In this document: in pieces, positions 7,430 to 15,418 of the stretch
Layout: every line of letters begins with the position of its first letter
How positions within the stretch are numbered: position 1 is the stretch's first letter
Assembly: GCA_051117555.1 (NCBI GenBank)
Contig: JBNPEG010000014.1
Span: 11,513-26,930, forward strand
Direction: 5' to 3'
Source: Elainellaceae cyanobacterium
Lineage (GTDB): Bacteria > Cyanobacteriota > Cyanobacteriia > CAZCXK01
Length of the DNA stretch: 15,418 nt
Notes under the pieces: generated by a model
Databases searched by the model: none
What the model saw: only the letters and a program-made list of their open reading frames with translations
Told to the model about the DNA's origin: nothing
Position numbers and translations under genes: made by a program

Positions 7430-9001
7430 ATGTCAGACTCAACCGAATCCATTGCTCAGCACTATCATGAGCGAACCAAGTACAGCCCGGAGACGATTGC
7501 TCAAAAGGCTAGTCAGCTTGATTGGAGCAAGCAGCCGACTCCATTCAAGGACTATAAGTTAGGGACATCGATTGACCTCAAACCGTATTTGCAACAGAGC
7601 GACGAAGGCCCCGTCGATGCCGCGTATTACGAGTGGCGACGGCTGTCTCGGTTATTGCTGTGCAGCTACGGTCTGACCGTTAAAGTGTTGACCCTGTCGG
7701 GAGAGCCGATTTTTCTAAGATCGGCTCCGTCAGCAGGGGGGCTCTATCCGGCTGAGCTTTACCTCATCTCGCGAGGAACACCGCTGCTGCCCGCGGGGCT
7801 CTATAACTATCAAGCCAAAACTCATTCTCTCCTTCGTTTCTGGGATGACGAGGTTTGGTCTGCGCTACAAGATGCTTGTTTTTGGCATCCTATTCTCAGT
7901 GGCACACAGCTATCCCTCGTCGTGACGGCTGTTTTCTTTCGGTCAGCATGGCGGTATCAAGCCCGCGCCTATCGACGAATCTTCCTAGACACGGGGCATT
8001 TGCTTGGCAATATCGAGCTAGCCAGCTCGATTAATGACTACCGTCCGCATCTGATTGGTGGCTTTGCCGATGATGCCATTAATCAATTGCTCTACCTTGA
8101 CCCAGACCAGGAAGGGGCGATCGCCATCATTCCTCTCGCTGATTTGCTCGATATCAAGCAAAATCTCCCCTTAGCGCCGACTGCTTTACCATCAGGCACT
8201 GACACTGACTATCCAGAGATCTCTGATGATAATTTATTGTCCCACTTTCATAAGGCGACTCAGATATCGCTCACTGAGACGCCAAGCTGGACAAAAAAAT
8301 CACCAGGACAGCGCGATCAATTGTCTGTTAGTCAGGGATTACAGACTGCCGAACAAGCAGAGGATAAATACAATTTTCCGTTTTGCCTAAAAATTTCGAT
8401 GATCACCCCGCCGATTGATTGGGGAGACAGCCTACTCGCATTAGAGAGCACAATACTTAAGCGACGCTCGACTCGCTCATACAGCGGTGCAAATCTTAGC
8501 CTCGATGAGCTGAGAGCCGTGTTAAGTTTCACCTATCAGCCTCAAAATTATCTAAATCAAGGTCTGGACCGCATTCCTGATTATTTTGACCTAACGCTCA
8601 TCGAAACGTTTATTGCCGTCTCAGGCGTCGATGGTCTTGATGAAGGATGCTATTATTATGCTCCAAACGCTCAGGAGCTTCGCCAAATTCGGTTTAAAAA
8701 TTTCCGTCGGGAACTCCATTTCCTCTGCCTTAAGCAAGATTTAGGCCGCGATGCGGGTGCCTTGATTTTTCACACCGCAGATTTGAAAAAAGCCGTCGAG
8801 CGATATGGCGATCGCGCCTATCGCTATCTGCATATGGATGCCGGACATTTAGGGCAACGGCTGAATCTTGCCGCAATTCGCTTAGGGCTAGGTGTCAGTG
8901 GTATTGCTGGGTTTTTCGACGACCAGGTTAATGAGGTGTTAGGAATCCCAGCCGACGAGGCAGTTCTCTACATCACCACGCTCGGTCGTCCCCGTCGCTA
9001 G
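7430..9001 (+). CDS. SagB/ThcOx-family FMN-dependent dehydrogenase with two nitroreductase-like domains
   Basis: 523 aa; YHERTK, RSAPSAGGLYP and WRY..RAYRRIFLDTGH in domain 1; RRSTR and RYGDRAYRYLHMDAGHLGQ in domain 2. Confidence 0.88.
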   Translation: MSDSTESIAQHYHERTKYSPETIAQKASQLDWSKQPTPFKDYKLGTSIDLKPYLQQSDEGPVDAAYYEWRRLSRLLLCSYGLTVKVLTLSGEPIFLRSAPSAGGLYPAELYLISRGTPLLPAGLYNYQAKTHSLLRFWDDEVWSALQDACFWHPILSGTQLSLVVTAVFFRSAWRYQARAYRRIFLDTGHLLGNIELASSINDYRPHLIGGFADDAINQLLYLDPDQEGAIAIIPLADLLDIKQNLPLAPTALPSGTDTDYPEISDDNLLSHFHKATQISLTETPSWTKKSPGQRDQLSVSQGLQTAEQAEDKYNFPFCLKISMITPPIDWGDSLLALESTILKRRSTRSYSGANLSLDELRAVLSFTYQPQNYLNQGLDRIPDYFDLTLIETFIAVSGVDGLDEGCYYYAPNAQELRQIRFKNFRRELHFLCLKQDLGRDAGALIFHTADLKKAVERYGDRAYRYLHMDAGHLGQRLNLAAIRLGLGVSGIAGFFDDQVNEVLGIPADEAVLYITTLGRPRR

Positions 9002-9011
9002 CGTTAGCCCC

Positions 9012-9039
9012 GTTCACTCGATTCAGTTCACTCGATTCA
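9012..9039. repeat. Perfect tandem duplication of the 14-mer GTTCACTCGATTCA
   Basis: Copies at 9012-9025 and 9026-9039, 11 bp after the stop codon of the SagB-family gene. Confidence 0.8.
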
Positions 9040-9219
9040 ATTTTAAAGACCTATTGGCCTAAGATACCGTGGCTCTCGACGGTCTATCGGTTCATCGGAG
9101 TCGATGGGGCGATCGCCCGTTCATTATTCCTCAAAAATTTGGATTGATTGAACATACCAATCGGGTCGAAAACCTCTAAAATGATTCAGATTTAAGAATC
9201 GTGACTTTTCTCTGAGCCT

Positions 9220-12200
9220 ATGCCGCGCCGTGACGACCTTCATAAAATTCTGTTGATTGGCTCTGGTCCAATCATCATCGGGCAAGCCTGTGAGTTTGAC
9301 TATTCTGGGACGCAAGCCTGTAAGGCTCTGCGGGAAGAAGGATACGAGGTGGTCCTGATTAATTCCAACCCCGCGACCATCATGACCGACCCAGACACTG
9401 CCGATCGCACCTATATCGAGCCACTCACGCCCGACATAGTGGAAAAAGTCATTGCCAAAGAGCGCCCTGACGCGCTGTTACCCACCATGGGCGGGCAAAC
9501 AGCTCTCAATGTAGCCGTGACGCTGGCTAAAACTGGCGTACTCGACCGCTATGGGGTTGACCTGATCGGGGCAAAATTACCTGCGATTGAAATGGCAGAA
9601 GATCGCAAGCTGTTTAAAGAGGCAATGGCTCGAATTGGCGTGGATGTGTGCCCGTCGGGTCTTGCTCAAACCATGCCAGAAGCACGGGCGATCGCCACTG
9701 ACATTGGTACGTATCCCCTCATTATCCGTCCTGCATTTACGATGGGCGGGGCTGGCGGTGGCATCGCATACAACCAAGAAGAATTTGAGGAAATGTCACA
9801 GGCGGGTCTTGATGCCAGCCCAGTCTCCCAGATTCTGATTGAACAGTCTCTCTTGGGCTGGAAAGAATATGAGCTTGAGGTCATGCGAGACTTGGCCGAT
9901 AACGTCGTGATTATCTGCTCCATTGAAAATGTTGATCCGATGGGCATCCACACGGGAGACTCGATTACGGTGGCTCCGGCTCAAACTCTGACCGATAAAG
10001 AATATCAACGGCTCCGTGACGCATCGATCAAAATTATTCGAGAAATCGGTGTCGAAACGGGCGGATCGAATATCCAATTTGCGGTTAATCCGGTGACGGG
10101 TCAGCTAATTGTCATCGAGATGAACCCGCGAGTGTCCCGGAGTTCTGCCTTGGCATCTAAAGCGACGGGCTTCCCCATTGCTAAATTCGCAGCAAAATTA
10201 GCCGTAGGGTACACGCTCGACGAGATCCCCAACGATATTACGAAAAAAACGCCTGCCAGTTTCGAGCCAACCATTGACTATGTGGTCACGAAGGTGCCTC
10301 GCTTCGCGTTCGAGAAATTTCCGGGCGCAACGCCCAATCTGACGACGCAAATGAAGTCTGTTGGCGAGGCGATGGCGATCGGGCGCACGTTTCAGGAGTC
10401 GTTTCAAAAGGCATTGCGATCGCTCGAAACAGGACGATATGGATGGGGCTGTGATGGGCCTGAAAAGCTGCCTAGCCTATCGCAGATACGATCAGGGCTG
10501 CGAACGCCCAACCCCGATCGTATCTTCACAGTTCGCCATGCGTTGCAGATGGGGATGTCTGTTGAAGAAATTTATGAGCTTACCACCATTGACCCGTGGT
10601 TTCTCGACAAAATGAAAGATTTATTAGAAACCGAGAAATTCCTCAAGCGGTCTAAGCTACACGACATTACCCGCGAACAGCTCCATGCAATCAAGCAGCA
10701 GGGATTTAGCGATCGCCAAATTGCCTATGCCACCAAAACTACCGAGACGGACGCACGCACCTACCGAAAACAGCTTGGAGTATTGCCCGTTTACAAAACG
10801 GTTGATACCTGCGCTGCTGAGTTTGAAGCGCTCACGCCCTACTATTATTCCACCTACGAATCAGAATCGTTTGTCATCACCGACGGGGAGGATCAACCTC
10901 CACAGGTGGAGTCAGAAGTGCTGATATCTGACAAACCCAAAGTGATGATTTTGGGCGGCGGCCCGAATCGTATTGGTCAAGGAATTGAGTTTGACTACTG
11001 CTGTTGTCATGCGTCCTATGCGCTACGACAGGATGGTTTTGAAACCATTATGGTCAACTCTAATCCTGAAACCGTTTCAACAGACTATGACACGAGCGAT
11101 CGCCTCTATTTTGAGCCGCTCACTCAAGAGGATGTGCTCAATATCTTGGAGGTCGAACACCCCCAAGGAATCATCATCCAATTTGGAGGGCAAACTCCCC
11201 TAAAATTGGCCGTTCCGCTACAGCGATACTTAGAAAATATCGCCACGCCAGAACACTCAGATCGCTCGGCGCAAGACATCCCCGTGTCCCAGATTTGGGG
11301 GACGTCTCCGGATTCTATTGACACAGCCGAAGATCGAGAGCGATTTGAAAAAATCTTGCGCAACTTAGGCATTCAGCAGCCTCCCAACGGCATTGCCCGC
11401 AGCTACGAGGAAGCGCTTCAAATCGCTCGTCAAATTAGCTATCCAGTGGTAGTGCGTCCGAGTTACGTCTTAGGCGGGCGGGCGATGGAAATCGTCTATT
11501 CTGACCAAGAATTAGAGCGCTACATGACCTATGCGGTGCAGGTCGAGCCTGAGCACCCCATTTTGATTGATAGGTTTTTAGAAGATGCCATTGAGGTGGA
11601 TGTCGATGCGATCGCCGATCATACCGGCACGGTTGTCATCGGTGGCATTATGGAACACATCGAGCAAGCTGGAATTCATTCGGGCGATTCTGCCTGCTCG
11701 ATTCCAACCATTTCTCTGACACAAGCAGCACTAGAGACAATTCGCACCTGGACTGTGAAGCTAGCGCAAGCTCTTAAAGTCATAGGGTTGATGAATATTC
11801 AATATGCGGTTCAGGGCGAGCAGGTTTATATTTTAGAAGCCAACCCGCGAGCCTCTAGAACCGTGCCTTTTGTCTCAAAGGCCACTGGCGTTCCGCTGGC
11901 AAAAATGGCCGTGCGCGTGATGTCTGGTGCAACGCTAGAATCTCTCGGCTTTACGAAGGAAGTTATTCCGCAACACATCTCCGTTAAGGAAGCCGTCTTG
12001 CCGTTCGAGAAATTTCCTGGGACGGATACGATTTTGGGACCTGAGATGCGCTCTACCGGGGAAGTTATGGGCATCGACACAGATTTTGGAAAAGCCTTTG
12101 CAAAAGCTGAATTGGGAGCAGGTCAGCAATTGCCATCCAATGGTACCGTGTTCGTCTCCATGAATGACCGCGAAAAAAATGCCGTGGTGCCTGTCGTGAA

Positions 12201-12537
12201 GGATTTAATTAACCTCGGATTTCAGATCGTTGCCACCTCCGGTACTCAGCAAGCATTGAAGGAGCAAGGGCTAGATGTCGGTTTGGTGCTCAAAGTCCAT
12301 GAAGGCCGCCCCCATGTAGTTGACTCCATGAAAAATCGCCAGATTCAGCTCGTAATCAATACTCCCTTGGGGCAACGAGCGCAAGTTGACGATCGCTCTA
12401 TTCGGCGGACGGCGTTAGCTTACAAGATTCCGACGATTACGACAATCGCAGGTGCTAAGGCAACAGCAGCGGCAATTCAGGCGCTTCAGTCTGGCCCCCT
12501 GGATGTCAAGGCGTTGCAAGATTATGTCGCTGAATAG
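9220..12537 (+). CDS. carB: Carbamoyl-phosphate synthase large subunit
   Basis: 1105 aa; [35 protein letters not shown], second-half [21 protein letters not shown], and C-terminal MGS-like domain. Confidence 0.98.
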   Translation: MPRRDDLHKILLIGSGPIIIGQACEFDYSGTQACKALREEGYEVVLINSNPATIMTDPDTADRTYIEPLTPDIVEKVIAKERPDALLPTMGGQTALNVAVTLAKTGVLDRYGVDLIGAKLPAIEMAEDRKLFKEAMARIGVDVCPSGLAQTMPEARAIATDIGTYPLIIRPAFTMGGAGGGIAYNQEEFEEMSQAGLDASPVSQILIEQSLLGWKEYELEVMRDLADNVVIICSIENVDPMGIHTGDSITVAPAQTLTDKEYQRLRDASIKIIREIGVETGGSNIQFAVNPVTGQLIVIEMNPRVSRSSALASKATGFPIAKFAAKLAVGYTLDEIPNDITKKTPASFEPTIDYVVTKVPRFAFEKFPGATPNLTTQMKSVGEAMAIGRTFQESFQKALRSLETGRYGWGCDGPEKLPSLSQIRSGLRTPNPDRIFTVRHALQMGMSVEEIYELTTIDPWFLDKMKDLLETEKFLKRSKLHDITREQLHAIKQQGFSDRQIAYATKTTETDARTYRKQLGVLPVYKTVDTCAAEFEALTPYYYSTYESESFVITDGEDQPPQVESEVLISDKPKVMILGGGPNRIGQGIEFDYCCCHASYALRQDGFETIMVNSNPETVSTDYDTSDRLYFEPLTQEDVLNILEVEHPQGIIIQFGGQTPLKLAVPLQRYLENIATPEHSDRSAQDIPVSQIWGTSPDSIDTAEDRERFEKILRNLGIQQPPNGIARSYEEALQIARQISYPVVVRPSYVLGGRAMEIVYSDQELERYMTYAVQVEPEHPILIDRFLEDAIEVDVDAIADHTGTVVIGGIMEHIEQAGIHSGDSACSIPTISLTQAALETIRTWTVKLAQALKVIGLMNIQYAVQGEQVYILEANPRASRTVPFVSKATGVPLAKMAVRVMSGATLESLGFTKEVIPQHISVKEAVLPFEKFPGTDTILGPEMRSTGEVMGIDTDFGKAFAKAELGAGQQLPSNGTVFVSMNDREKNAVVPVVKDLINLGFQIVATSGTQQALKEQGLDVGLVLKVHEGRPHVVDSMKNRQIQLVINTPLGQRAQVDDRSIRRTALAYKIPTITTIAGAKATAAAIQALQSGPLDVKALQDYVAE

Positions 12538-12566
12538 CCCTTATCCGGGTTTTTCCAATAGATCTA

Positions 12567-14821
<2,255 letters not shown>

Positions 14822-15098
14822 GCGTAATTTCCTATGACCGTCTTAGCGTCTGTGCTGTAATAGACAGATCGCTTATTACTGTTTAAATCGAACGTTTAGA
14901 TCGAAATATTCTTTTAGAGCAAGCCCTAACAAGCACCTTCCTTGAGGTCTGTTGTGCTCACAACTACTATGAACACGCTAAATTATTTGAAGTTTTGTTA
15001 AATCCGTCGATTGTCTGATATTTTTAATAATCTCGACAAAAATCATGCGATCGCACCTGAGTGAATCGCTTAGGCACATCACGATGTCATATGGCTAA

Positions 15099-15199
15099 TA
15101 CCAATTCTCGATTTTGGATTTGCGATTTTGGATTGACGGTCATCAGCCTTGCAAGGGTTCTAGCCTGTTCATGTGTAGCCTTACTTTGAAGAATTGGTA
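15099..15199. mobile_element. MITE-like element (101 bp) with TACCAATTCT / AGAATTGGTA ends and TAA flanks
   Basis: Perfect 10-bp terminal inverted repeat (11 bp counting one flank base); TAA at 15096-15098 and 15200-15202; internal heptamers GATTTTG GATTTGC GATTTTG GATTGAC at 15110-15137. Confidence 0.7.
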
Positions 15200-15263
15200 T
15201 AAGCCTGATAGTGACGCCTGATCTCCGTCTAATGGTTATAGCTGTTATCATTTCTATGAATCT

Positions 15264-15337
15264 GGGGCTGTAGCTCAGCAGGATAGAGCAACCGCCTCCT
15301 AAGCGGTAGGTCGCGCGTTCGAATCGCGCCAGCCCTG
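15264..15337 (+). tRNA. tRNA-Arg(CCT)
   Basis: Acceptor GGGGCTG/CAGCCCT, D arm GCTC/GAGC, anticodon stem ACCGC/GCGGT with loop CT-CCT-AA, T arm GCGCG-TTCGAAT-CGCGC, discriminator G; CCA not encoded. Confidence 0.97.
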
Positions 15338-15418
15338 TCGATAAATCCCAGGTTTGAAGGGGGGTTTGGACATTTGGGTTATAGCAGAATGTCGCTAGAT
15401 ATGTCAGAATATCCCCTA

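Noticed and set aside
7430..9001. Cyanobactin or TOMM biosynthetic cluster
   Set aside because: No precursor peptide, YcaO or PatA/PatG-type protease in the window.
2149..12537. glyS without glyQ and carB without carA as anomalies
   Set aside because: These subunit genes are commonly unlinked in cyanobacteria.
15010..15036. Fur box upstream of the ferrochelatase
   Set aside because: AT-rich but a poor palindrome; not distinguishable from background.
15338..15418. Integrated element at the tRNA 3' end, or another TATAGC-ended element at 15380
   Set aside because: Only 81 bp visible; no integrase, att duplication or partner terminus within the window.

Overview
Cyanobacterial chromosomal segment, identified by about 27 copies of the HIP1 octamer GCGATCGC (counted by eye) and heptamer-based repeats. 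It is mostly core genes: murD and glyS on the minus strand; an 87-aa hypothetical, grxC, tadA, a plsC-type acyltransferase, a stand-alone SagB/ThcOx-family flavoprotein, carB and tocopherol cyclase on the plus strand; an atypical ferrochelatase lacking the CAB domain (minus); and tRNA-Arg(CCT). The 5' end of an unidentified minus-strand gene lies at the left edge. I found no convincing multi-gene novel system. The unexplained structure is intergenic. (i) A 17-copy 21-bp tandem array (222-588) whose plus frame reads as a Leu/His heptad repeat. (ii) Three different MITE-like elements, each with terminal inverted repeats and its own apparent target-site duplication (CTAC, TA, TAA). (iii) GTAG-type REP-like palindromes, one interrupted by a ~27-nt insert and one carried inside a MITE. 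(iv) An 8-3-8 palindrome over a perfect TATAAT in front of tocopherol cyclase.
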